Of a stretch of DNA of 64,000 nucleotides, positions 1 through 12,610 are shown in pieces. The DNA is taken from contig CDMY01000542.1 of NCBI GenBank assembly GCA_001179505.1, positions 124,001-188,000 of the forward strand, read 5' to 3'. The position numbers and the translations under genes are program-made. Every line of letters starts with the position of its first letter. Position 1 is the stretch's first letter. This stretch comes from Vitrella brassicaformis CCMP3155 (lineage: Eukaryota; Protista; Chromerida). The notes below the pieces were generated by a model, which was not told the DNA's origin, made no database searches, and saw only the letters and a program-made list of their open reading frames with translations.

Positions 1-799
1 CAGCCGCTGGATCTCGCTCGTGCGGCCCTTGGGGTACAGTATCACACAGTCGGCATTCGAACGGCCGCGGAAACCTGCCGGTGATGGAGTGCATTCCAAA
101 CCGACGGCGATGAACAATCATGGCTGGGGGCTCATCGTTTGCCACTCACCAGCGATGGCGGCGCTGCCCGTATCGCCTGATGTGGCGCCGAGGATGACCG
201 TATGCCGGTTCTGTTTGCTCAAGATGTAGTCGAATAAAGTGCCTGGATGTGCACACGAACCAGCACGCACACACAGACAGGGTGGAGGTCCACTCACTCC
301 TTGCTGCCTCAGCCTACCGAGCAGCTGCAGTGCGACGTCCTTGAACGCATAAGTGGGGCCGTGGAACAGTTCGAGGAGGTAGTAGTCGCCGAGCTTGACG
401 GTGGGCGCTATCTCGGGGTGTCTGAATGACCTGTAGCTCGTCTGGATGATGTCACGCAGATCCCTGTCGTCGATCTCGCTGCTCTGGATGTACAGGCGAA
501 GCACCTCATAGCACAGCTCCTGGTATGGAAGGCTCCTGTGTGTGGTGCCACACATTCACATCACACACACACACAGAAGAGCCGAGCACAAACAGAGAGA
601 GATAGAGGGTCAATGCAAAGGCGTGTGGTCAAGTCGTCCGTTCTTTGTGATCTCCTGACCTCCATTTATTGACCGTCGTTGCCGGCACGTTCGGGATCTT
701 TTCGGGCAGCAGAAGCCCTCCGTCGTCGGCCAGCCCTGACAGCACTGCCTCAGTGAAAGTGAGGCCACTCACGCCTCCTCGTGTGCTGCGATACTTCAT
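1..799 (-). CDS. thrC: Threonine synthase, 5' part (4 exons; gene continues off the left edge)
   Basis: Spliced: MKYRSTRGG / FTEAVLSGLADDGGLLLPEKIP / LELFHGPTYAFKDVALQ (PLP lysine motif) / ILGATSGDTGSAA / VILYPKGRTSEIQ; canonical GT-AG introns, e.g. 317..243. Confidence 0.94.
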
Positions 800-840
800 C
801 AATGAATCACGCTGTTACAAAAAGTACCGCAGTCGCTTCG

Positions 841-874
841 CATCTGCGAGCTTAGGTACCATCTGCGAGCTTAG
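841..874. promoter_or_regulatory. Perfect 15-bp direct repeat (CATCTGCGAGCTTAG x2, 4-bp spacer GTAC) in a divergent promoter
   Basis: Copies at 841-855 and 860-874, in the 138-bp gap between the head-to-head starts at 799(-) and 938(+). Confidence 0.5.
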
Positions 875-937
875 CCTGGCTCGGGAGCAGCAAAAGAAGC
901 GCACGACCTTTGAAGGCGCAAGGAGAGTGCAGCGGCT

Positions 938-1935
938 GTGATGCACAAGATGCTCAGCGCAAAAGGAAGCCCATCGATTGGTCGTCCCTGTCGTCCCCTC
1001 GCGCAGCTGCCCTCGTCGCCGTCATGTGTCGGGCTTCCCCCGCCCTATCTGAATGTCAGCGTGCGCCATCTGCAGCTGATCAAGAAGGTCAATTGGCGGC
1101 GCAGTGGCGGCCAGAAGGAGATCATCAATCTCAAGGGCCCGCCGCCCATCGGCCGGCTGCCGTTCCGCAAGACCAACCACCCCAAGATCCTCTGCCCCTA
1201 CTTCCCACAGTACCACTCGCCCTACTCCATCAACCACAAAAAGTACCCCCACTACCCCGAGCAGACCCACCGACAGCGATACCCTAAGTATGAAGAGCTG
1301 ACCAGCGTCAAGTTCTTCGCCCAGTGGTGTGACCAGAGCTGGCGGGACAGGAACTTCTTCGAGACGGCCCACCGGCTGCCCTTCAGGGGTGTGGGGTATA
1401 TGTTCTGGCGGCAGGGCGGCAACAGCCCCTGGGGCGAGGGGCGGTACTTTAACCTGAAGTCCATCTTCTACAAGGTGTGTGAGATGAAACGGTCCAGCAA
1501 TCGAGGCGTCTGCCACGCGCGTGTGCATGTGTTGTTGTGTGCGATCAGTACCGCCCATTCTACGGCCAGGCAGTGGGCGACTCATACTACAACCGTATGG
1601 CAGACACTGCAGTGCACACCCCAGACGAGCCGGACGAACGGACAGACAATCGATCGGTTCCTTCTGTGTGTGTGTGCCGGTGTGTGTTTGGGTATGCATC
1701 CTGCCTGCATCAATCAGACCGCTTGGCTCGTGAGAACATGGCTCCCATGGCGTTCATCCAGGGCCGGTGGATGTGCGAGCCCCCCTCATTCGCCAAGGAC
1801 TTCCCATGGCAGTACCGTCCCCCTTTCCCGCCATCATACGCCGATGAGATGACAATGAAGGGCACTGACAAGACAGCTGCGACCGCCACTGAGACTCAGG
1901 CGGAGGCTGAGGGGGGCGAGGCGGCTGCTGAGTGA
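938..1935 (+). CDS. Conserved-looking basic protein, possibly mitochondrial small-subunit ribosomal protein (mS34-like); 3 exons
   Basis: Arg/Ser-rich, acid-poor N-terminus like a presequence; RNFFETAHRLPFRGVGYMFWRQ resembles the mS34 'LFEIL.RLPNFG.G' segment by eye; coding-like codon usage; product is inference. Confidence 0.45.
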
Positions 1936-2209
1936 TAGATCCGTCTGAGCTCTGTGTGTGTGGATGAATGAATGGATGGATAGATGGGTGGGTGTGACTG
2001 CAGTGACTTCTCCTCAGCTGGTCGTTTACGTGTATGTACCTTATGGATAGGACGGTGACTAAAGCGAAGAAGCGAGACACTAACCCATCGTGTTTGGCCC
2101 CCACCCGGCCCCCGTCTCGACGAATCTCTCGTCACCGATCTCTGTATCACCTGTATCTCTCCGTATCTCCGCCTTGGGGCGAAGAGATTTGGTTACGTGT
2201 GTCCCATCG

Positions 2210-5200
2210 ATGTTTGAGATGACACGAGCTTTCGACTCGGATGGTGAGTGGGTGAGAATTTCAATTAAGATGGGCTGGCAGTGCGTGTGTTGTGATGTAT
2301 CCGCTCTTGTGCGCGCAGACGTACTGGAGAACGTCGGCAAGCCCTTCGTCGACCGTGACCTCCAGCAGGAGTAAGAACACAAGACAGACAACCAAAAAGA
2401 TTCAACTGACAGCCTCCCTCCCTCCCTCCATCCATCCATCTTGTTTGGTGTGTAGGCGTGAGCGCGTGAGGGTGTTGCGGCAGATCACCCGCCATCTCAC
2501 CGAGGGCACCACGGGGCCCGACAACGAGCCAGCCAGGCGCCCCTCGCCGCCATCGGACGCCCAGCACCTCACCCCCACCACTATCGGTGACCGCACAGCC
2601 TCAGGGGGCCAGCAACAAGACACCCCAAATGCATGTGACGAGCTCAATGACAATAGCGCCGGGCTGCACCTCGCCAGCCCCTCATTTGGTAGTCCCAATG
2701 CCCCTGAGCCACCGAAAGTGGTCTCCTTCGCGCAGGACCAGTCGCCCGAGGCCTTCTCCTCACCCGCGACGCGTATTGGGGTCGTGTCAGCGGACAATCT
2801 GGAAGACAGCGTGTCGCGGCGAGAAGAGGACATGCGTGAGACCGGCAGCGAGGTCAACAAGAGCCAATCGCACATCGGCCGGGGCGGCTTCTTCCCCTTC
2901 CTCCAGGGTAAGACGACGTGGCTGAGGCGCCAGGACAGCGGGGCGGCAGGAGCGACGGATGCACAGACTGAGGCGACAGATGGACAGACTGTGGAGGAGG
3001 AAGACTTTGATACCGACGAGGAAGAGGGCGATTTCGAACGCAAGCGAAGGCTAAACGTGAGACGACTGACATAAAAGGAGGGAAAGGCAATGTCTGTTTG
3101 TACGTATGTCTGTCTGTCTGTCTGTCTCTCTCTGTGCGTGTCTGTGTGTTCAGCGCACGATGAATCGGGTGAAACGGCTCCTCTCTGCGTGCAAGGTCCC
3201 CAACCTCTGCAGCGGTGTGCTCTATCTGCTTGGAGTGGTGGCACTCTTTGTCATGGGGTTGGTCCTCAACACGAGCTACCGCACCGTGGAGACGCCGGAG
3301 TCCAAGTGGCTATTCCTGCTGACCGCCATCCTCGTTGCAAGGATGGCCTCGTTTCTCTCATTCGGTGCGTCAGCTGCTTGCCTGCATTGTGCGCGCCTGC
3401 ATTGTGTCCGATTGTGTGCGCCTGTGTCTCACTCAAGGTCTGCTGGTGGCCATCATGACGGTTGTGGACCCAGATGCAGATCTGCCGTCGTCACTCGTCA
3501 TAGAGACGCTCCACGAACACTGCGCACGGTGAATAGGCAACACAGACATCCAGACAGAGAAGCAGCACAAAGGCAAACTGGTGTGGGTGGGTTGGTGGCT
3601 GTGTAGTGTGTTGTGGTTCTTGCTGTCTCTGATCACCTACGCTGTCATGTTCTCGTGCAAGACGTTCGCGTCCAACTGCAAGAGACCGGACGACGGCGAG
3701 TGGGACATCATCGAAATGCAGGCAAGGAGATACCTGCGGGTCGGTCTGCTATCCTTGTTGATTATGAGCCTACTGGTCGGTCGGTCAGCAAGTGTGTTCA
3801 ATCATTGTGACACGCTGCTCATGCTGTGTGTCCTCTATCATTCACCTTTCAGAGCATCGTTCGTGAGGTGGTCATGACGTGGGTGTCGATTCACTCCAAC
3901 ACCACGCGCAACAGACAGCTCCAGCTGCTCGTGTGGAAGGAACGGGCCTTCTCGCGGCTCAACCGGGTCGTCCCTGAACTCCATTTGCACCTCAGATACG
4001 GTGCGCACACACAATCATTTTCACACACAGACACACGTGCCGATTGCTTCACCATCCACATGCATCGTGCAGATTTCCGTCAGAAGGGGGCTCCTGAAGC
4101 CGTCAAGAGCGTCCGCACGCGCCGCAACGCAGCCAAGAGGCACCGAACCGGATGGACCTCCCGTGTCCCGGTGTCGGCTGCAGTTGAGGGGCCGGTGGGC
4201 TCGTCTGCGGCCAGCAGCACCGGCGGCGACGGCCTCGGAGTTGGACTGAGTGGCCCTGCGCCCACGGCGTGGGAGAGCTGGCGTCATAGATCGTATGTCA
4301 TCCTCCACCCCATTCGCTTCCATCTGAGAGGTCCGTTTGTCCGTGGCAAACACAGCCATACAAACACATGGGTCGATGCATGTGTGTTATGATGCCGTGT
4401 GTGTGCAGGTGTGGGTCGTGTGGAGATCACTCGCAAGAGGGAGGTGCGGGAGTACGGCAACCAGCTGTTCACGCAGCTGCTGGAGATACAGGCCAAGCTG
4501 ATTGAGGAAAACCGGCTCTCCATGGAGTCGTTCGCCATTTTCCGGCCCCCTTGCGGAGACACCGCCGCTGCCGCCCACGAGCAGAGACAACGAGGCGATG
4601 ACGGAGGCGCTTCGCCGCAGACCGTCTCGTACAACATCTTCGGACGAGAACTGATTCGTCAGTACATCACATCGCCGGAGGACGCTGAGCGGCTCCTGCT
4701 GCTGCTTGACCCCTCTGGTGATTCCCCCCACCCCAAACACACACAGATGCGCATTAAAGCATGAGATATGGATGTGTGTGTGTGGTGCAGGCACTGGGCG
4801 TGTCACGCGCTCCCGATTCCTGAGCGCACTGTTGGCGGCGTACAACGAGAGGAAGCAGCTGTTGAAGTCACTGGAGGTGGATGAGTCGGTCGCCGACATC
4901 CTCAAGTCGCTCCTGTGGATGCTGCAGTGGTGCATCATCATCATAACCGTCCTGTGGTTGCTGGGCGTCAACCCCTACACGACCATCCTGGGGTTCGCCT
5001 CCATCTCCGCTGGCGTCGCATTTGCACTTGGCAACTCGATTAAGAACTTTGTGGACTCGCTGGTGTTTGTCTTCATCCAACACCCGTTCGATATCGGCGG
5101 TATGTGAGACAAACAGAGACAGATGGATGGATGAATGATTGAATGGATCGATGTGTTATATATGTTTTCCTCCGTGGGCAGATCGTGTAAGTGTGGATGG

Positions 5201-6014
5201 CGATGTGGCGATGAACGTCCGGCGAATCTCTGTCATGACCACCACATTCGAGTGAGTCAGCGAGAGAACGATCTACGGACGATGGCGCCCACCTTGCTTG
5301 TGTTGTGTGCACTTAGGACGATCCACAACAAGAAGGTTGTGCTGCCAAATTTCCAGCTGGCAATCGCCAAGATCATCAACGAGACGAAGTCGCCCGCCGC
5401 AGTTTTTGAAATCCTCTTCCAGCTGTCGATCAAGACGTCAATGGAGCAGTTCTTTGATCTGAAGCGATCTGTCATCGAGTACTGCTGCAGCCTTCCCGCC
5501 CACTGGATATCGAACCCTCCACCAGACATGCACATCTACAGCTTCCAGCCCAACCACTCCTTCCAGGTACACAATCGATCAGCCACATAGCTTAGTGGAC
5601 ACTCATGCCACGCCATGCCCCATGGCGTGTGTCTGTCTGTGTCGGCTCGGCTGTGCTCAGGTTGGCCTGTGGGTGGCTCACACGATGACCTGGGGCGAGT
5701 GGCAAAACATATACCCAGCACGAACCAGATTATTCTGGTACCGACTTCGTCACTCACCCAGCCGCATGTATGCTCTGTATGCTTGCAGGCACCTGATGCA
5801 GACATTGGACAAGCTGGGCCTGGAGTACGTCCTCCCCATCCAGCCGTACATGATCGTCAACGCCTCCAAGTCAGGGGAAAACAACGACCAGGACACCTCA
5901 CTTAGCCACGCCCCCTCGCCAGACATCAACAGCTTCCAGCCCACACCCAGGGTGCAGCAGTTCTTTCTGCCACATGTGCAGGAGAATCGCCATCCTGGTG
6001 GCCAAAAGGACTGA
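2210..6014 (+). CDS. MscS-like (MSL) mechanosensitive ion channel, multi-exon, with degenerate EF-hand
   Basis: Several TM segments; GVAFALGNSIKNFVDSLVFVFIQHPFDIG, TIHNKKVVLPNFQLAIAKIINETKS, LDKLGLEYVLPIQP are typical MSL C-terminal motifs; EF-like LDPSGTGRVTRSRF across the intron at about 4718-4790. Confidence 0.88.
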
Positions 6015-6329
6015 CTGGAGGCGGAAGTGTGTATATGTACATGTCCCGTCTATTATGTATTGTGCACCGCCTGCTCATGTCGGGGCATTCATTCATTCTT
6101 GTGTGTGCGTGCGCGTGGTGAAGAGGTGATCATTTGTGGCCTTCCCTGATCGAGCATTTTGTGGCCTACGTACACAAAGCGTACGTCAATTTTGTTGACA
6201 GGGGTTGGGTGGGCCGGTCGGGGCCCGGTGGATGACGGACGAGTGGCGGTGAAGGCAGTGACAGATAGACGGGGCGTACGCGCACCAGCTAATCATACAG
6301 CTGTCAGTGTCCCGTGTGGATGAGTGTGG

Positions 6330-8440
6330 AGAGGTCTCAGCTGTTGATAAATGAACGGAGACGCTGAGGGAGTGAGGGAGGGAGGGAGGGAGTGGGAGAT
6401 GGCTGGTTGGTTGGCTGGCATGGTGAGGGCTCAGTGACGGTTTTCTGTGTGTGTAATAATTTGATTGATTGACGATCGACTGACGTGTACGTACACACAC
6501 ACTTTCTATAACACACTCATTCAGTCGATCACTCACCTGTTCACTGGCGGCTTCATCAGGCATTGATTGATGGACTGAGTGTCACGGCGATGCAGCCCAG
6601 CCGTCCCTCCAACGCCGGCCGCGGGCGTGGTGACGCCGAGGCCTCGGCTCGGCCGCCCCGCTACATCTTGAAGCAGCTTCTCGGGTCGGGCACCTTTGGC
6701 AAGTGTTACGTTGCCACGGACACATCAACGAACGAGCTGGTGGCCATCAAGAAGAGACCCAAGTGAGCGAATGCTATGCGTGACGGCGAGACACACGCCA
6801 TCACATGTCTTTGTGCACTGGCACAGGTGGGGCGGTGGTGTGAGCCGCGAGCAGGTGATGCTTGAGCTTGTCAAGGGGCTGCCCCACTGTGTGCAGATGA
6901 AGGGAGTGGTCTACACGCACTCACCGCGGCAGATACTCACGCAGCACATCGTCATGCAATACGTGCCCCGTGCGTACTGACACGCACATGATGGAGGCAG
7001 GAGACAGACACATACCCTTCTGTCTCTTTATCTTCTTTGTATGTGGATTGTTCAGCGACGTTGGGGCAGCTGATCCGTCGGCACCGTGCCGAGAGGAGGC
7101 CTCTGCCGGCTGACCTCACCCGCTCCATCGCAAGACAGCTCGTCGCCGCACTGCACGCCCTACACCAACAGAACATCGCACACGTCAGTTCAGTGGGGGA
7201 CAGACACATCGATACATACACGACAGACATGTGGATCCATATACCGTCGGTGTCGGTCAGCGTGACATGAAGCCCGAGAACATTCTGTTTGACCCCAAGA
7301 CCCGCGACATCTTCATCTGTGACCTCGGTCAGTCACCCAAAACGCACACACACAGCGAGAGAGACACAATCGAGTGCGTCTGTCTATCTGTATTGTGTGC
7401 TGCACGAACAGGCTGTGCCAAGTCTCTGTCGGACTCGCCACACCACATGCCGTACATCTGCTCGCGGCCATACAGAGCGGTCAGCAGACAACGACTTACT
7501 TGCCGCCAACCATCGCCACCAACGTCTCACATCTATCTATCTGTGTGTCTGCGTGTGTCAGCCCGAGCTCTTGTTTGGGTCGATGAGCTACAACGAGTCT
7601 GTCGACGTGTGGTCAACGGGCTGTATCCTCGCAGAGATGCTCGTATGTCTACACACACACACAAGTCCGCACCGCCCCTCTACATGTCTCTGTGTGTTTG
7701 TGTGTGTGTCGTCCCATCAGTTGCTGTCACCGCTGTTCGTCGGCCGGAAGCCGCCCCAACCCCAACACGACAACAAGGACAACAAGGACAACCAGGACAC
7801 CAAGGAGAGAGACGACGGCCGCCACAAACTCAAACGGAACAGAATGGAGGGACCCCAAGGTGAGATCAATCGACCAGCCACACATCCATGACTCACACAC
7901 ACACACATCAGTCAGCCACTGTGTGCATGGATGTCACAGCTGGTGACGACGAGCCGTACCAGATCCTGCGCATCTGCCAAGTGCTGGGCACGCCGACAAG
8001 AGCTGAGACGGAGGAGCTGACGGCCTCGGCGGGCGAACTCATCAAATCCCTCGAGCTGCCCGCGGTGTTTGCGTCTGAGCGGCTGGCGGCCACCGACCTG
8101 CGACGCGTGCTGGCACCGCTCGTGCCGCCGGGGTACGTGTGTGCACATCCATATAATATGTGTGTGCTCTCTGTGTCACCATCATCGTCATCGAGGGCGT
8201 GTGTGTTCAGTGAGGAGGGGCTGCTCGATCTCATCCACCGATGCGTCAAGTGAGTGACCATGCCATCATAAGCCAGCATGTCTCTGTCTGTCTGTCTGTT
8301 CACGTTTCCATGCAGGTGGTCTCCGTCTGCCCGGCTGACCGCCGCAGAAATGACCCAACACTCATACGTCAACGGAGGCTGAGATGACTGCAGTGCAATG
8401 CATGGATGGACGCACAAGTGAGTGGAGTGGATGGATGGAT
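6330..8440 (+). repeat. About 2.1-kb segmental duplication, copy 1 (inverted partner at 40520-42570)
   Basis: Exons near-identical, introns and both flanks visibly alignable to the reverse complement of 40520-42570; ends approximate. Confidence 0.92.
6590..8382 (+). CDS. Divergent GSK3/shaggy-like CMGC kinase, copy 1 (about 10 exons)
   Basis: LLGSGTFGKCY, VAIKK, SREQVM, HRDMKPEN, CDLGCAK, PYICSRPYRAPELLFG, DVWSTGCILAEM, QVLGTP; DNK-repeat insert. Confidence 0.86.
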
Positions 8441-8708
8441 GACAAGAATTTTGAGGACGAATGACACGTATTAAGTGACACAGGCAATTGTATTGTTGAG
8501 ATCACATTTGGCACATGACAAATATGCGAAGGCACGCATGGCCATAGTAGGAAAAAGGGGAGTAACGCAGTATATTGTGGGAAGCACTTGGAAGCAATAT
8601 GCAGCAAAATTGGATTGAGCAAATTACGTAGCGGGCCCTCCAAGGTGTTGGTTTGAACGGTCTTTCCGACCGAGTGGAGTGCGAGGGTGTGTGGGTGTGT
8701 CTGGTGCC

Positions 8709-11700
8709 TCACACACCCTGCATCGGGGACGACGGACGGCTGCGATCCTGAAGGAATGAACACAGATGCACGGGACCCCAGGGTCTCCTACGTGCAATGA
8801 CTTTCACCGACCTCAAGAAAAGACGTGCTGCCCTTCAAAAGCACCTGTTTCCACGGCTTTAAGCGACTTGGCCCTACCACATGGTCCTTGGGGGCGAAAT
8901 GGGCCCGTCGTGGCTTCTTCAAGTAGATTGCCGCCGATATGTCAATCGCGTGAGATAAGATGCTGTTGCGGTGCTGCAGAGAATGAAGAGCCGCCTCGAA
9001 ATCACTCCTGTGTGTACAACCGAGGGAGACATGGATTAGATGAATCCCGGGTGCGTCACTGGCTGACCTGTCTGCGGTGGATGGCAGGCATTGCATGGGC
9101 GTGAGGCCGTGGCTGTCCTTGTGGTCCGGGTCGCAACTCCAGTCCAGCAAGCGACAAAACGACTGGATGGCACCCGACTGACAGGCGTGGTGCAGGGCAT
9201 TGCGTCCGGTCCTGTCCTGCCACGCAACGTTGGCAAACGACCTGCATGGATTCCATCAAACCATATACGAGGGGATCGCCACTGTCTCTGTCTCTGTCCA
9301 TCTGTGTCGCGCATTCACTTGTTGAGGAGGATTTCCAGCAGCCCTGCCATGTTGCTGGACGATGCCTTGAGAAAGATTTGTTTCAGCACGGAGCTGCATC
9401 CAACGACCCAGAGGCAGACAGGAAGGGGGAGACATTAATGTCTCTAACAGTGTGCCTGCTTCTGCTCTACATGTTGTTGTAATTCTCGAGGCTCATGGCT
9501 GCAAGTGCGGCGCCAAGCTCGTTGTTGTTCATCGTGTGGGCGAACAAGGACGCTGAATGGTCACTCTGCATGTTGGGAGGGGCGCGCTGCATCGATTGCA
9601 GACAGGCAGAAAAGACGCCTCATCAATCAGCACGCGCGCCCACATGGCCTTGTCGTGTGTTGACTCACCATGCTGGTTCTTTCCCGCTCGATGGCGATTG
9701 CCCTCTTCTCCCGCCTGTACGCCTCTTCCCGCGCAATGATGCCCTCGCGGATCTGATCGAGCGGAGACATGGTATGTACATGGAGAGGTCTGGCCTGCTT
9801 GCTTGCCTTGATCATCTCAATGAGCTGTTTGAACTTGAGCTTGGTTCTTTGTTCGCGCCACATGTTCTGGATGCGCCGCGCACACTCGTCACGCTGCAGG
9901 CATAAAAGTGAAAAGAGGCAGAGACGCAGACACAATGAAATGGATGACAAACATCCACGACAAGTATTTCTGCATGTTGCGTACTCACTCTTTGCGGTGT
10001 GATGAGTGACCTCCAGACATTCTGCGGCCCTCCAGTGAACTGCTGCCGTGTGTCCTCCGCCGCCACTTTCTTGTGCGGCTGCATGTAATGCGGCTGCTCG
10101 CCGGACGCAAGTGGCAATGTGCAGCGCTTCTTGCCCTCCATCTCGTTCTCCTTGGCTCGGAAGGCCTGCATAGCATGTGTGTGTGGCAAAAGGAAAGTGA
10201 GGATTTGTCCGTCGGTTGAGTGTTCCTCTTACTGTGTGCGTACCGTACCGCTCTGAAACGGTTGGCCATCCTCCTTTGTCCAGCTTTCCGCATCTCTTGG
10301 TTCTTCTCACGCTTTCTCTGGTCCAGCTGCTGTTGAACATGCCTTCGAATCTCCTGCGATAATGACTGGTCGATCGTACATAAAGGGCAAACAAAGAGAA
10401 CAGCAGTGGATTCACACACAGGTCCGCTCGGTACGCCTCTCTTTGTCTTTGTGCGTGCTTGCCTCAAGGTGTGAGCTCCTGGAGTGTTCGTAACTCTCCA
10501 TGTGGGCGAAGAACTTCTGCAGGATCTCGTCAGCCACCTTCAACTCCGCCTCGTGGAAGGTGCCCAGCGGAAGCCGCTTTATCCACTCCTTCAGATCCTG
10601 CCGATTCTGCTCCGTCATCGACAGCAGAGATACCACTGGATCCCCGCCCGACCTCCCATCACCACTGACCAGATACACACACAGACAGCAAGGGATCAGG
10701 CCACCCATACAGAAAAGGATCCATCCATCCATCCATCCCACCCACTGATGGCTTCCACTGGCGGCTTGCTGGCAGGCGGGGATGCCGCCTCTGCCGGCTT
10801 TGGGCTGATCTGTGTGTCTAGCAGCAGCATCGCAAGGGTCACCCGGCTCCACCGCTCGACACCACGGTGATACGAATGAAGCAGATTCCGGGCGGACTTG
10901 CGCGAGGCTGCATTGAGGAGAGAGAACCTGGTGAGAAGACGATAGATCGATGCTAGTCGCATTCCGTTCACCTCTGAAGGCTCGTTCGGCGTCTCTGTCC
11001 CACGCTGGGGCGGCGCTGCGCTCCCATGTGTGACGAGAAGCCAGATCTGACCCCACGGCTACCTGGAGACACGGCACAATAAGACACAACGAAAGGCAGT
11101 GCGGTTGTCCTACAAGTGGCGGGTCGGTCTCCTCATCCTCGGCAATGCCGAGAGACGCCATCACCGCTCGGACAGCAGCAGGCGTCGGCACGAATGCAGG
11201 CATCTCGCACGGCCTCTTGTTAGTCTCTCTCGCAGCACTTGTCGGCCGCTCGGGGGGTGGCGCTTGACGAACAAAGTCGGGACCTTCATCCTTCTCCGAT
11301 TCGACATCCTCACCTTCGCCGCGCCTCTGCAGGTCTCTCTCCTGCCTTTTGACGGCCACCTGCTGCAGGTGGTGCAGCTCCTGACAGCTCGAGTGGACTA
11401 GCAGCCGCTTGAGTTTGGAGTGCAGACCCGGGTAGGGCGACTTGGCCGACAAGTTGAGCCAGTCGAGTCTCCCCCACCGGTCCATTTCTTTCCTCGACGT
11501 GTCCCTGAGGCTCGTTGCCGACCGCTGAGACATGAACATGGACATCTCTCGTTTGTCACCACCAATGGTCATGTCGGTCATCATCCGAGTGACCCTCTTC
11601 TTGGGACTGCTGCCGGACATCACGCTCGTCTTGCGCGAGGGAGTCTCCCTGTCGTAGCTCGTCCCTAGCATGGATGACGTCAGGTGGTTGTACGTCTGAT

Positions 11701-12436
11701 GGCTGAGACCCCATCTCTTTCTCTTCTTGTCGATGCGACGAAGGAAGGTGGACAGCGACTTGGCATTGTGAAAGAAGCCCTTGATCCACCGCACGTCGTG
11801 CGGGTCGTCCCTTCCCTCAATGAAGTCCCGGTATGTCCTGTACTCCTGCAGGCCCTCGAACTCCCCGTCCTTCAAGGACCGGGTCCGCGCAAAAAGGTAT
11901 GGCTTTGTTGAAGTATCAGCGGCCGCGGTGGATGGCTGGGTCGGTGCCTCGCTGGGGATACCAAGGCTCGAGCGCCGCTGCTGATGCTGACCGGTAAGGC
12001 CGGTGATCGACGAGCGTCTTTCTGCCAGCTGCTGCATGCGGACAGAGAAGCTCTCGTCCGTGTGTGGTTTGGGCTTGGCCTTGGCGGCGGGACTCCCGGT
12101 CGAACCATCTGCATTGCTGCTGCTCCTCCTGGCGCCGCTCGCATCCGATTCGGCTGAAGCCCTGGCACTCGGCGCCTTGGCAGTCGCCTCAGCGGCCTCT
12201 GCTTTCCTTAGCGAAAAAGACTCTGCGAGGAAAGTGAGGGAAGGCCGTTCTTGCTCCTTCTTGGGGGATCTCTCGGGTGATTTCTGGGATGGACTGCCAC
12301 AGCCCGGCCCTTCCTCGTCTGTCGCCTCTGATGTCTCAGAGCCCTCCTCATCGCCCTCTTCGTCCTTGTCTTCGTCATCTGCAGGGAGATCAATGCCAGG
12401 ATATACCGAATCGTAGGAAGCGTCGGAGCTCCGCAT
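8709..12436 (-). CDS. Large protein with disordered N-terminus, IQ motif, coiled coil and C-terminal ankyrin repeats
   Basis: Long first exon (ORF 10412-12463); IQ motif ARRIQNMWREQR (about 9850-9890); ankyrin QDRTGRNALHHACQSG and DPDHKDSHGLTPMQ (9080-9240). Confidence 0.7.
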
Positions 12437-12610
12437 TTGAGGCTTTCGTAGGCAGTGCCTCACGCCACCCTTCGCTCGCGGAGACTGGGGGCGACATGGG
12501 GGCGTAGCGAGCTTGAAATCCTCTTCAAGTTCCCCGGTGCGGACTCAAGTGACGAATCGTCTGTGGGTATCCCCTCGTCATAGAGTTGGCTGATCCTGAG
12601 AGAAGTCGCC

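Noticed and set aside
7768-7805. 9-bp tandem repeat GACAACAAG, also at about 41150-41185
   Set aside because: Coding low-complexity (DNK)n insert; no spacers, not CRISPR-like.
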